The notes: a model not told the origin generated them from the letters alone. 64,000 bases of DNA from Dehalococcoidia bacterium (GCA_965261835.1 OZ253478.1:600832-664831), one strand, 5' to 3'. Positions 44,874-54,723 are shown, counted from the stretch's first letter. A program made the numbers and translations.

Positions 44874-44890
44874 CTAGCTAACGCCGCCAC

Positions 44891-44925
44891 AAAAAGCCCC
44901 GCTTAGACAAGCGGGGCTTTCTCTT
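44891..44925. terminator. bidirectional rho-independent terminator between fdx and znuB
   Basis: aaaaa-gccccgctt-agac-aagcggggc-tttctctt. Confidence 0.7.
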
Positions 44926-44937
44926 GTTCACCAGCGC

Positions 44938-45762
44938 TCACGCCGCGTGCTGGACCCGCCAGCGCAGCACCCCCCGTACCACCACCGCCCAAAACAACAC
45001 CACGAGCGCCGCCAGCACAATAGCTCCCCCGGCCGCAAGGCTCAGGTAATACGCCGCTACCAAGCCGATGATGACAGAGACCAGTCCCATCACGACCGCC
45101 ACTACCACCGTAGTCCGGAAACCGCGGCTGATCTGCAAACTTGCAACCACCGGGATAACCATCAACGCGCCTACCAGAAGCACACCCACAATTCGCATCG
45201 CTAGCGCCACCGTCACCCCGGTCAATACCGCCAGCAGCAGGTTCACCCAACGCACCCGCAGCCCGCTCACTGTGGCAAGCTCCTGGTCGAACGTGGTCTG
45301 AAGCAACTCCGGGTAAAACACCAGCACCGTCAGCAGCACTACCACCGCAAGCCCGCCAATCAACCAGAGATCGGTAGCTGTGACGGTCAGGATGCTGCCA
45401 AATAGGAAGCCAAACAGATTGGCGTTGAGCCCGTGGTCCAGGCTGATCAGCACGATAGCCACTGCCAGGGCTGAATACAAAAATAGCGCTAGCGCCACGT
45501 CCCCCAGTATTCGTCCGGTCGACCGCAACCATTCTATGGCCCCGGCCGCCAATGTCGAGGCGATGATAGCAAAGATGAAGGGCGAGGTGCCGGTCACCAG
45601 TCCCACCGCAACTCCTGCCAGCGCCACGTGGGCAAGCGTATCGGCAATCAGAGCCAGGCGCCGGAGCACCAGGAACGTGCCCAGCGCGGGACAGATGACT
45701 CCCACCAGCGCCCCGGCGATCAACGCCCGCACCATGAAGCTGTGTTCGAATAGTTCCAGCAT
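44938..45762 (-). CDS. znuB: zinc/manganese ABC transporter permease
   Basis: 274 aa, 8-9 TM, ABC-3 family. Confidence 0.8.
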   Translation of the reverse strand: MLELFEHSFMVRALIAGALVGVICPALGTFLVLRRLALIADTLAHVALAGVAVGLVTGTSPFIFAIIASTLAAGAIEWLRSTGRILGDVALALFLYSALAVAIVLISLDHGLNANLFGFLFGSILTVTATDLWLIGGLAVVVLLTVLVFYPELLQTTFDQELATVSGLRVRWVNLLLAVLTGVTVALAMRIVGVLLVGALMVIPVVASLQISRGFRTTVVVAVVMGLVSVIIGLVAAYYLSLAAGGAIVLAALVVLFWAVVVRGVLRWRVQHAA

Positions 45763-45767
45763 GTGCG

Positions 45768-46526
45768 CTACTCGTGCCGGTGCGCTAACAGCGAGACCGG
45801 AGTCCCGTACAGCTGGAGCAGATGGTCCTCCGTCAGGTGTTCCGCAGCCCCGTGAAATACTATCGTGTGGCTAATGCAAGCGACGTGCGAGGCCTGCTCC
45901 AGCACTACACCAACGTCATGGGAGATGAGAAACACCGTCATCCCCCGCTCACGGTTCAGATCCTGCAGCAGACTGTAGAAGTTTTGTTGTCCCCCCTGGT
46001 CGATCCCCGAGGTGGGCTCGTCCAGCACCAGCAAATCCCGGTGACGCACCAGCGCCCGCGCCACCAGCACCCGCTGTTGCTGACCCCGAGACAAGTTCCC
46101 AATCAGTTCACCCCGCGCGTGCCACATCCCCACCGTATGCAGCGCGTCCACCACCGCCGGCGTTAAACTACGCTTCATGAACGCCAGCGGTTGGAAACCG
46201 CTGTGCTCGCCCTGCGCCACGATCTCCGCCACGGTACCCGGAAACCGGTTGTCCATCCCCTCCGCTCGTTGCGGCACGTACCCAATCCGCTCCCATGCCC
46301 GAAACTTGGCCATCGCAGTATCGAACAACCGCACCTCGCCACCGTCCGGCCGCATCAGCCCCAGCGCCAGCTTCAGCAGAGTGGTCTTCCCACTCCCATT
46401 CGGCCCCAGCAGCGCAAAGAACTCACCCTGCTCCACGGTGAGCGTGATGCCGCCGAGCACCGACTCGGTCTCATAGCTGAAATGAACGTCTTCAAAGCTG
46501 ATAATAGGTTGAGGCATGGGACTCAT
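45768..46526 (-). CDS. znuC: zinc/manganese ABC transporter ATP-binding protein
   Basis: Walker A GPNGSGKTTLLK plus signature and Walker B motifs. Confidence 0.85.
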   Translation of the reverse strand: MSPMPQPIISFEDVHFSYETESVLGGITLTVEQGEFFALLGPNGSGKTTLLKLALGLMRPDGGEVRLFDTAMAKFRAWERIGYVPQRAEGMDNRFPGTVAEIVAQGEHSGFQPLAFMKRSLTPAVVDALHTVGMWHARGELIGNLSRGQQQRVLVARALVRHRDLLVLDEPTSGIDQGGQQNFYSLLQDLNRERGMTVFLISHDVGVVLEQASHVACISHTIVFHGAAEHLTEDHLLQLYGTPVSLLAHRHE

Positions 46527-46619
46527 CTAACCTCGCTAGGAACCGACCACTCTCTTACCATACCCATCTGCGCTGCCTGCCAGTAAGCGTTAACCAACCG
46601 AGTGCAGGCAGCCCCAGTT

Positions 46620-47624
46620 TCAACTGCACTCTAGTGCTTCGCGGAGGTTCGCCAAGTTTTCCTGCATCACCGAAAAGTAGTCACTGCCCGCCTGCACTTC
46701 CTCGGGGGTCAGTCCTTCCAGCGGGTTGAGCGCCAGCGTTTCCGCCCCCACCTCCTGCGCCAAGGTCTCCGAAAGCGCCGGACTAGCCAGAGTCTCATAG
46801 AAGATGTACTTTGCACCCATCTCCTTCACCAGCTCGCTTAACGCGGCCATCCGGGCTGGGTTCGGGCGCGCGTCGGGCGATAGACCGGCAATCGACACCT
46901 GCTCCAAGCCGAACTCTTCTGCCAGATAGCCAAATGCCGCATGGGATGTGATGAAGCGGTTGGTTCGGCATTGCGCCAGGCCGCTGTGGAACTGCTCCCT
47001 CAATTGCTCCAGCCGGTCTTCTAGTTCGCCCGCGTTACGCTCATACCTGGAGCGGTTGTTGGGGTCCGCCTGTACCATCGCGTTCGCTATGTGCCGGACC
47101 TGAAGCTTGGCCAGCGTCGGGCTGAGCCAAACGTGAGGGTCAAGTCCCTCGTTACCATGCTCGTCCTCATTATCGCCATCGTCGCCATGATCATCGCCAC
47201 CTTGCTCGTCCTTATCATCGTCGCCATGATCATCCTCCCCTGAAGCTTCGATCAGCTCCAACCCTTCGGTGGCTTCCACCACAATCGTGGACTTGCCCTC
47301 CAGGCTCTCCGCCACCCGCTCACCCCACGGCTCCAGACCCGCGCCGTTAAATACAAACACGTTGGATTGCTCGATGGCCACGATATCTCTGGGCGATGGC
47401 TCCCAGTTGTGCGCCTCGACCCCGGGAGGGATTATCTGGACCACTTTTGCCTCCGGGCCACCAACCTGTTCCGCAAAGAACGCCAGCGGATAGGTCGTGG
47501 CCGCCACCTGCAACTGGCCGCTCTCAACCCGGGGCGCCGCGCACCCCGCGCTCATGAGGAGCGCGGTGCCTACCGCCCCACTCAGTAACTGATATTTTCG
47601 CTTTGCAACCCACACCGCCAACAT
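46620..47624 (-). CDS. znuA: zinc ABC transporter substrate-binding lipoprotein with His/Asp-rich loop
   Basis: Lipobox LMSAGC and the acidic/His loop EDDHGDDDKDEQGGDDHGDDGDNEDEHGNEG. Start at MLAVWV with a GGGGGAG RBS. Confidence 0.85.
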   Translation of the reverse strand: MLAVWVAKRKYQLLSGAVGTALLMSAGCAAPRVESGQLQVAATTYPLAFFAEQVGGPEAKVVQIIPPGVEAHNWEPSPRDIVAIEQSNVFVFNGAGLEPWGERVAESLEGKSTIVVEATEGLELIEASGEDDHGDDDKDEQGGDDHGDDGDNEDEHGNEGLDPHVWLSPTLAKLQVRHIANAMVQADPNNRSRYERNAGELEDRLEQLREQFHSGLAQCRTNRFITSHAAFGYLAEEFGLEQVSIAGLSPDARPNPARMAALSELVKEMGAKYIFYETLASPALSETLAQEVGAETLALNPLEGLTPEEVQAGSDYFSVMQENLANLREALECS

Positions 47625-47642
47625 GATCGCTCCCCCTGCCTT

Positions 47643-47664
47643 ATTGATATTTAGTATCATTAGT
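47643..47664. promoter_or_regulatory. candidate Zur box upstream of znuA
   Basis: attgatatttagtatcattagt, nearly identical to the box upstream of zur and positioned about 20 nt from the znuA start. Confidence 0.5.
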
Positions 47665-47674
47665 GAGGATAGCG

Positions 47675-48115
47675 TTACGCCGTCGCTTCCAGCAACCTGC
47701 AATCCGGACACAGGATGTAGACTTCCAAGCGATGGCCCAACACCTGACTCCCCGTGGCTATCTCTACGTTCTCCAAGAGGTTATTCACGCCGCACCGGTA
47801 GATGTCCGTGACCGTCCCGCAGCGCATGCAAATTGCGTGGTGGTGATGGCCTGCGTGCGCCACGCTGTAGCGCGGCGTGCCGTCCTGCAGCGCCAGTTTG
47901 CACACCACACCCATTTCCACCAACAACTTCACGTTGCGGTAGATCGTGGCTCGCCCTACTTTGGGCAACGTGTCCAACAGCTGCTCCACGCTGAAACCCT
48001 CCTCCCGCTGCATCAGCAGGTCCACAATCGCCCGCCGGGGGCCCGTCAATCGGCGGCCCTCGTTTTCCAAGCGGCCCAGCACTTCAGCACGGTGTTCGGT
48101 GGCGTGGTCAGACAT
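47675..48115 (-). CDS. zur: Fur-family zinc uptake regulator
   Basis: 146 aa Fur fold with an HHHH.C..C cluster and CPDC; sits adjacent to znuACB. Confidence 0.8.
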   Translation of the reverse strand: MSDHATEHRAEVLGRLENEGRRLTGPRRAIVDLLMQREEGFSVEQLLDTLPKVGRATIYRNVKLLVEMGVVCKLALQDGTPRYSVAHAGHHHHAICMRCGTVTDIYRCGVNNLLENVEIATGSQVLGHRLEVYILCPDCRLLEATA

Positions 48116-48116
48116 T

Positions 48117-48138
48117 ATTGATACTCAGTATCATTAGT
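48117..48138. promoter_or_regulatory. candidate Zur box upstream of zur (7-1-7 palindrome TGATACTcAGTATCA)
   Basis: attgatactcagtatcattagt, directly abutting the zur ATG. A possible leaderless or autoregulated promoter. Confidence 0.5.
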
Positions 48139-48276
48139 AGGCATTCAAAAAAGGCTGTCACAGCCTTCTCCCTCACGGTAACCCTTAGCAGCCGCATTGT
48201 CAACCACCACCACGTGCCCTTCCTCGCCATAGTCAAGCCATAGCCAAACCGTCGCACCCAGTGCTAGCATAAGACC

Positions 48277-49233
48277 ATGAGTGCCAGCCTTAACCGCATT
48301 GTCCTTGCCTCTCCCCGTGGCTTCTGCGCGGGAGTAGACCGATCTATCGAAATCGTACGCCTCGCACTCGCCGCCTACGGCCCCCCTGTCTACGTCTACC
48401 ATGAAATTGTGCATAACCCCTACGTAGTGAAAGAACTGGAAGATTTGGGTGCCCAATTCGTAGACGATCTCTTAGACGTACCCCATGACGGCCGCACCGT
48501 GTACAGTGCCCATGGTGTCAGCCCGGTGGTCCGAGAGCAGGCGCACGCGCGCGATCTCAGGGTGATTGACGCCACCTGCCCCCTCGTAACCAAGGTCCAC
48601 CTGGAGGCGGTGCGTTTCGCGCAATCCGGTTTCTTCGTCATCCTCGTCGGCCACAAGGGCCACGACGAGGTAATTGGCACCATGGGTGAAGTTCCCGATC
48701 ACGTCGTGCTAGTGAGCGACGTCGCCGAAGCCGAGCAGGTCGCGGTCCCCAGCGCTTCCCCCGTGGCCGCGCTCACCCAGACCACTCTCAGCGTAGACGA
48801 CACCACCGCCATCATAGGCGTCCTCCGGCGGCGTTTCCCCCAGCTGACCCTTCCTCCCAAAGACGACATCTGCTACGCAACCCAAAACCGTCAAGCAGCG
48901 GTGAAGCAACTGGCCCAACACTGCGACTTAGTCCTGGTGGTTGGCGGATCCAACAGCTCCAATTCCCAGCGCCTCCAGGAAGTCGCCCTGCTCGCGGGCG
49001 TGCCCGCCTATCTTGTTAACGACCTGCACGCGGTCCGACCGGAATGGCTGGAGGGTGTGGCAACCGTGGGCATCACGTCTGGAGCGTCTACTCCCGAGTT
49101 TTTGGTGCAGCAGATTGTTGACCACTGTACCGCCCTCGGCGCTACTGAAGTCGTTCCGCTGGACACCGTGGAAGAGCGGGTCCACTTCGCTTTGCCAAGA
49201 GAACTTGTCGCTTTGCAGGATCCCGCGCGTTAG
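48277..49233 (+). CDS. ispH: 4-hydroxy-3-methylbut-2-enyl diphosphate reductase
   Basis: SPRGFCAGVDRSIEIVRLAL...; 318 aa. Confidence 0.95.
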   Translation: MSASLNRIVLASPRGFCAGVDRSIEIVRLALAAYGPPVYVYHEIVHNPYVVKELEDLGAQFVDDLLDVPHDGRTVYSAHGVSPVVREQAHARDLRVIDATCPLVTKVHLEAVRFAQSGFFVILVGHKGHDEVIGTMGEVPDHVVLVSDVAEAEQVAVPSASPVAALTQTTLSVDDTTAIIGVLRRRFPQLTLPPKDDICYATQNRQAAVKQLAQHCDLVLVVGGSNSSNSQRLQEVALLAGVPAYLVNDLHAVRPEWLEGVATVGITSGASTPEFLVQQIVDHCTALGATEVVPLDTVEERVHFALPRELVALQDPAR

Positions 49234-49263
49234 TCCGCACCACCGCGTTCATCAATAATGCAA

Positions 49264-49294
49264 ACAGCCGGTCAACTGACCGGCTGTACGTTTA
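49264..49294 (+). terminator. hairpin terminator after ispH
   Basis: acagccggtca-ac-tgaccggctgt followed by acgttt. Confidence 0.5.
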
Positions 49295-49555
49295 CTCCGA
49301 AACAGACTTGCTATTCTTCTTCTTTCCCTGCACGGCTCCGAATCTTACTGGGCAGGACCACCCACATCATGAAAAACCCTGCAAATGCCGCCACACCCAT
49401 CAAACCCTCAGCGCCCATTTCGAAGCCCTCCGCAGTGGAAAGTAATTACACTGTTAGATTAGCCGGACTGTGTTACATCAATGCTTCGGCTATGTGAACT
49501 GCAGGTTAATTCCACGTTATAGCCAGGTTACAAACTCACCTCCCAGACACACATA

Positions 49556-49583
49556 CGCCCGGCGGCCATATCCGCCGGGCGTA
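49556..49583 (-). terminator. hairpin terminator after amt
   Basis: acgcccggcgg-ccatat-ccgccgggcgt. Confidence 0.5.
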
Positions 49584-49614
49584 GTGGGAGAGAAAGAGTG
49601 GAAAGTAAGCGCTG

Positions 49615-51000
49615 TTATGCGTTCGACATCGCGGGTTCGGTCGGATACGCTTCCGTACCGTGCTCCGAAATGTCCAAGCCCTGCAACTCTTCTTCACGGC
49701 TAACTCGGAGGCCCATAGTCGCCTTCAAGATGCCGAACAGGATGAAGCCGGTGCCCAGCGACCAGACCGTCACCGCGACCATGCTGATCAGTTGGGCCAC
49801 AATCTGGCTGGTGTTGCCCACAACGAGACCGGCCACATCGCCGTAAGTGCCATCGGCGAAAATGCCAACGGCAAGCAGACCCCAGAGGCCGCCACCCGCA
49901 TGCACACCCACCGCGCCGACCGGATCGTCAATCTTCAGCGTGCCTTCCACGAAACCGTTGACGAGTACCATCACCAGGGGCGCGATTGCGCCAATCGCCA
50001 CTGCCGCCCAGGGTGCTACGAATGCGCAGGGGGCCGTGATGCCCACTAGCCCTGCCAGAGAACCGTTGCATGCTTCCGGAAGGTTAGCCTTGCCGGTCCG
50101 GATGAGGCTCAGATAGAGCGCCACCACTGCGCCGGTACCGCCCGCCAGGAACGTGTTGACCGTGATCACCGAGATGCGGAGATCAGTGGCCGCAAGCGTG
50201 CTGCCAGCGTTGAACCCAAACCATCCAAAGAACAGGATGAAGGTGCCGGCAACCACGAACACCATGTTGTGCCCGGGGATTTTCTTGGGCTTCCCGTCTG
50301 CTCCGTACTTGCCGATGCGAGCCCCAACCATTGCGGCGCCGGAAAGGCCAACGAGCGCGCCAACCGTGTGCACTACGCCCGATCCGGCAAAGTCCACTGC
50401 GCCCAGTTGAGCCAGCCAGCCCCCACCCCACACCCAGTGACCATAGATTGGGTAGACGAGCGCTGATACCAAGAAGCTATAGCCCAGGTATGCAGTCAGT
50501 TTGGTCCGCTCGGCAACAACGCCTGCCACAATGGTTGCCGCCGTGGCCGCAAACACCACCTGGAAGAACCACAACAGCATTGTGCTAACGTCATTGCTAG
50601 CGCCGGTAAGAAAGAATCCTGAGAAACCAATTATGGAATTACCCATGCCCTCTTCGAGCCCGGAGCCTGCGCCCGAGCCACCGAACATGAGCGCAAACCC
50701 AAATGCCCAGTAAGCTAGGCCGCACATGCCGAAGTCCATGAAGCTCTTGGTGAGATAGTTCACCGTGTTCTTGGACCGAATGAGCCCCGCTCCTAACAGC
50801 GCGAAGCCCGCCTGCATGAAAAACACCAAGAACCCTGCCACCAGGGTCCACGTAAAGTTGACCGCAGCAGTCGGATCAGCCGCGATCGTGGTCTCGCCAA
50901 CCGGATCGGGGCCTTCCGCAAACACCACGGCGTAGGTCAGCGTGAGCAGAGAGAACGTAATTATGGGAACGCTCAGCCTGCGTAACACCCGTAGAAACAT
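49615..51000 (-). CDS. amt: ammonium transporter
   Basis: 11-TM Amt/MEP family. Start trimmed to MFLRVL, which is preceded by AAGAAGGAGGAGG. Confidence 0.9.
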   Translation of the reverse strand: MFLRVLRRLSVPIITFSLLTLTYAVVFAEGPDPVGETTIAADPTAAVNFTWTLVAGFLVFFMQAGFALLGAGLIRSKNTVNYLTKSFMDFGMCGLAYWAFGFALMFGGSGAGSGLEEGMGNSIIGFSGFFLTGASNDVSTMLLWFFQVVFAATAATIVAGVVAERTKLTAYLGYSFLVSALVYPIYGHWVWGGGWLAQLGAVDFAGSGVVHTVGALVGLSGAAMVGARIGKYGADGKPKKIPGHNMVFVVAGTFILFFGWFGFNAGSTLAATDLRISVITVNTFLAGGTGAVVALYLSLIRTGKANLPEACNGSLAGLVGITAPCAFVAPWAAVAIGAIAPLVMVLVNGFVEGTLKIDDPVGAVGVHAGGGLWGLLAVGIFADGTYGDVAGLVVGNTSQIVAQLISMVAVTVWSLGTGFILFGILKATMGLRVSREEELQGLDISEHGTEAYPTEPAMSNA

Positions 51001-51203
51001 GGCCTCCTCCTTCTTTCTCCACAAGGGGTAGACTTCCACTAAGGAGGATATAAGTACCGTGTTTCCGCTGTATGTCCTATAGGTGGCGATTATGTTAATG
51101 GCTAGTTACGGAGATGTTTCTATCCTAAAATCGCTGCGCTGCGCGCGCCTATGCGGCTAGCGCGCCAGTGTACGCCGCCGTTGCCGAGCCAGGCCGCAGG
51201 GTA

Positions 51204-52028
51204 TTACAGCAGCGTTGCGCGGGGGCGACGGCGTAGCTGCCAGAGGCTGGGGAAACCGGAGCGGTCCACCTTAAGGATTGCCGCGTACTTGCGGGCGTTC
51301 TCCAGGTACACCTCGTTGCCGGTGCGGCGGTAGCGGTTGAAGCTATCCAGCATCTTATCCGCAATGATGTTCATATCGAAGCCCAGAACGTAGCGGGCGC
51401 TGGCCTCGTTCATCGCACTCATGTAAATATCGAAGTAGCTGGACAACTTGGTGAGCACCGGCCGCATCTGGGTGGCTTCGGCAAACTCATGCTCCGAGGC
51501 CATGCGATAGTAGCTCTTGCCGTTCGTCACGTGATAGCCCACGTCCACCGTAGGCATAGGCTGATAGCTCTTGCGCCAGCGATTCCAGCGCCGCCGCCTC
51601 AAGCTTGCCGGGAAGATACCCGTGATAAACAGCGAGTAGTCCCCCATTTTTCGGTACGCCTCAAACAGGTTGGGGAACTTGGCCATCGAGCGCATCTCCT
51701 CCAGCAGGTTCGACAGCAGGTACCCAAAGCGCCGGTTGTCCTGAATCAGCGGGAACAGGTCACGGGTGTAGAGGAAACCGTGCATCAGCTCCGAAAGGTA
51801 GTCCACCACATATGCGTCGGAGCTACGGCGCTCCACGTACAGCGTCTTGATCAGGAAGAGGTCGAACAGGCTCCGCAAGCCGATGCTCTTGATCTCACCG
51901 ATGTCGTCGTAAAACGCGCTGATCAGGTCGTCTACCTCAGTCGTAAAGCCCGCATCGGCCACGTTTTTCCCTGTGTGCTCGGTAATAGCGGTCTTGAGTT
52001 CCCGAATGCGTTCCTCTAGCGTCGCCAT
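51204..52028 (-). CDS. hypothetical protein (uncharacterized, no recognizable domain)
   Basis: About 275 aa from MATLEERIRELK with a GGGGGT RBS. Lies upstream of, and co-oriented with, amt. Confidence 0.5.
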   Translation of the reverse strand: MATLEERIRELKTAITEHTGKNVADAGFTTEVDDLISAFYDDIGEIKSIGLRSLFDLFLIKTLYVERRSSDAYVVDYLSELMHGFLYTRDLFPLIQDNRRFGYLLSNLLEEMRSMAKFPNLFEAYRKMGDYSLFITGIFPASLRRRRWNRWRKSYQPMPTVDVGYHVTNGKSYYRMASEHEFAEATQMRPVLTKLSSYFDIYMSAMNEASARYVLGFDMNIIADKMLDSFNRYRRTGNEVYLENARKYAAILKVDRSGFPSLWQLRRRPRATLL

Positions 52029-52187
52029 ACCGTACCCCCAACGTCGGTTTGTCCTACTCTTCACGGGAGCCCCGTGAAGTAACAGTAGTCTACCAACTTC
52101 CGACTCCGCAACAACCGATCATTGCAACCCACGCGCATTGCGGCTAGCATGGGCCACGACACTCCAGCGCCCCACTAGGAGGCCCAG

Positions 52188-53213
52188 ATGAAGTTCGGCG
52201 CCTTTTTCCTCCTCCATTCGCCAGACGTCCAGCCCAGTCACGTGGTGTACAAACGCGCGCTGGATGAGATGGCTTACGCAGATGCCCTCGGCTTCGATTC
52301 CGTATGGATTGCGGAGCACCACTTCTCTAACTACGGCTACAGCCCTAATCCGCTGCTTCTGGCCGTCAAGGCCGCGGCAGTGACCACGCGCGTCCGCGTC
52401 GGCACCGCCGTCCTTGTGCTACCCTTTTGGCACCCCCTACGCCTCGCCGAAGACGTGGCCATGGCCGACGTGTTGACCGAAGGCCGGCTGGACGTGGGCA
52501 TCGCGCGCGGCTATCAGCACTACGAGTTCAACCGCTTCGGCCTCGACATCGCCCACAATCGTGAGCTGTCCGAGGAAACGCTTCAGGTGCTCCTCAAAGC
52601 CTTAAACTCGATTGGTATTACCTTCGAGGGCGACCATTATCACATTCCGGAAACCACCACCTTTCCCCGCTCGCTGCAGCAACCCCATCCACCCCTTTGG
52701 CTGGCCGCGTCCACACAAGAGAGCTTTGCCTCCGCAGTCAAGCATGGCTTCAATTGCTTCACCTCCTCTTCCACCCGCCCCCTCAGTATCCCGCAGACTG
52801 CATGGAAATACTTTAGCCAGGCACGAGAGCAGATGGGCGCCACCGGCCCCTACGAGTTTGCCGTGCAGCAGCATATCCACGTTGCCACCACCGATGCCGA
52901 GGCCAAGAGCCGGTATGAGCACTCCCGCTGGCACTACCGCCACGCCACCGCGCTGCGGTTGGGCAACGAGCGCGTGGAGCGCGGGGTTGCCACGGAGGTG
53001 CCACACGAAGGCGAGCCGTCTTTGGAAGAGTACTGGGAGAGCCATACCCTGGCTGGAACCCCGCAGCGAGTCCGGGAAAAACTTAAGGTCTACGAAGAAA
53101 CCATCGGCCTAACCCAACTCAACTGCATCTTCAACCTCGGCCGACTGGACGCCGATACGGTAAAAAGCTCGATGCGCCTGTTTGCGGAACAGGTGATGCC
53201 CCACTTCAAGTAG
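52188..53213 (+). CDS. LLM-class (luciferase-like) flavin-dependent oxidoreductase
   Basis: MKFGAFFLLHSP...WIAEHHFSNYGYSPNPLLLAVKAAAVT. Confidence 0.85.
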   Translation: MKFGAFFLLHSPDVQPSHVVYKRALDEMAYADALGFDSVWIAEHHFSNYGYSPNPLLLAVKAAAVTTRVRVGTAVLVLPFWHPLRLAEDVAMADVLTEGRLDVGIARGYQHYEFNRFGLDIAHNRELSEETLQVLLKALNSIGITFEGDHYHIPETTTFPRSLQQPHPPLWLAASTQESFASAVKHGFNCFTSSSTRPLSIPQTAWKYFSQAREQMGATGPYEFAVQQHIHVATTDAEAKSRYEHSRWHYRHATALRLGNERVERGVATEVPHEGEPSLEEYWESHTLAGTPQRVREKLKVYEETIGLTQLNCIFNLGRLDADTVKSSMRLFAEQVMPHFK

Positions 53214-53296
53214 CCCCCCCAAGAAGGCCCAGCCCTTACCCTACGAGGCATAGCGGGCGTGAGCGCCTAGTAATGGTCGGCGGATCGGGCGCGCGC

Positions 53297-53962
53297 TTAT
53301 GCCCGCGGCTTGTGCATGAATACCGTGTAGTCGTTGGCAAGATAGCCGCCGCGCAGTTCAGACTGGGGGCACAGGGTCTGGCAATAAGCTAGCACCCCCT
53401 GAGGCTCCACCTCGTAATAGAGGTCATCGCCGGGCCAGCGGCCGTAGCTCGGCAGGCCCAGGAAGTTGAAGGCCGTCGCAATGGTGCACGCCCGGTACAT
53501 CGCTTTGATGGCATCCCGGAAGAAACGGTCGTGGTCGGACAACCGCACGTTGAAGGTGCCGGAGGCCACCACGTAGTCCGCTGGGCTCTCGAAACCCTCA
53601 CCAACCACTTCCCGCACTACAAAGCGGCCGGAGGGGTGATTATCGCTCGCCGCTTCTACCAGCTTAGGGGAAACGTCGTAGCCCAGGTAGCGCACGCATT
53701 CGGCGTCCTGCTCCGGCTCAGCCCCAGTGACCGGGGCCATCCGGTGGCCCTGGTCTTGTAGGAAACCGTAGAGGTGGCCCAACCCGCAGCCCACGTCTGC
53801 CACAGAACGGCCGGCCCACGGCCCCACTTGATAGAGCGCTTCGAAGCGGGTGCGCTGTGTACCGGCGCTGATCCAGTGCAGCGAGCGGGCGTCTTGCGGC
53901 CCATGGCGGGCCAGCTCGTGCTCGTAGAAAGTGATGAGCCGGGTTTTGTCCGCGGCTTTCAT
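53297..53962 (-). CDS. class I SAM-dependent methyltransferase
   Basis: SAM-binding motif VADVGCGLGHL. Confidence 0.75.
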   Translation of the reverse strand: MKAADKTRLITFYEHELARHGPQDARSLHWISAGTQRTRFEALYQVGPWAGRSVADVGCGLGHLYGFLQDQGHRMAPVTGAEPEQDAECVRYLGYDVSPKLVEAASDNHPSGRFVVREVVGEGFESPADYVVASGTFNVRLSDHDRFFRDAIKAMYRACTIATAFNFLGLPSYGRWPGDDLYYEVEPQGVLAYCQTLCPQSELRGGYLANDYTVFMHKPRA

Positions 53963-53965
53963 GGG

Positions 53966-54661
53966 CTAGACCGGATACTCCACCCGCACGTATCGCTCCA
54001 TCAGCCGCCCGCCGTTCTCTTTCATACGGCCCTCCCAGCGCGGCAGCCAACGCTTGCGCGCCTCGTCCCCCGGACCGAACTGGCTCGGGTGGCAGGAGAG
54101 CGACTGCAGCTTGGCTTCCATAAAGTCGGTGACATCTTCTTCGATGTCCGCCTGGTCATTGTTCATGCCCAGGAACAAGTACACCTCAGGCACCTTGTGC
54201 GGCGTCAGCCCTTCTTGTTCAAGCTCCGAAAAATGCAGCCGGTCCCGGGCGTAGGGATAAACCGCATCGAGTACCACCTGACCGGTCGTGCGATGGTCTC
54301 GGTGCTGCCAGATGTATGGATTATGGGTGACCACCCGGTCCGGACGATATTTCCGGATCAGCCGGACCAGATCGCCGCGGAACGTCGCGTTATCCTCCAG
54401 CTCGCCGTCGGGTGTGGAGCGGATGACCACCTCCGCGATGCCCATTACTTTGGCGGCGGCCCGCTGCTCCACGTCTCGGATCGCCGCCAGATCCGGCGAC
54501 GTTTTGGTCACGTCTTCGGTCCCTTTATCCCCGTTCGTCGCTACACAGAGGATGATCCGTGCGCCTTCCGCTGACCATTTGGCCGCGCTGCCGCCACAAC
54601 CCACGTCGCAATCATCCGGGTGCGCTGCCACAATGAGAATGGTCTTTGGTGCATCTGCCAT
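53966..54661 (-). CDS. PIG-L/LmbE family N-acetylglucosaminyl deacetylase
   Basis: ILIVAAHPDDCDVGCGG motif. Start trimmed to MADAPKT, which has a GAGGAG RBS. Confidence 0.8.
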   Translation of the reverse strand: MADAPKTILIVAAHPDDCDVGCGGSAAKWSAEGARIILCVATNGDKGTEDVTKTSPDLAAIRDVEQRAAAKVMGIAEVVIRSTPDGELEDNATFRGDLVRLIRKYRPDRVVTHNPYIWQHRDHRTTGQVVLDAVYPYARDRLHFSELEQEGLTPHKVPEVYLFLGMNNDQADIEEDVTDFMEAKLQSLSCHPSQFGPGDEARKRWLPRWEGRMKENGGRLMERYVRVEYPV

Positions 54662-54723
54662 AGTGGACTCCTCGGAAATAGATAGGGGGGCAACGCAACC
54701 AATGGTAGTGCGCGCATACCCGC

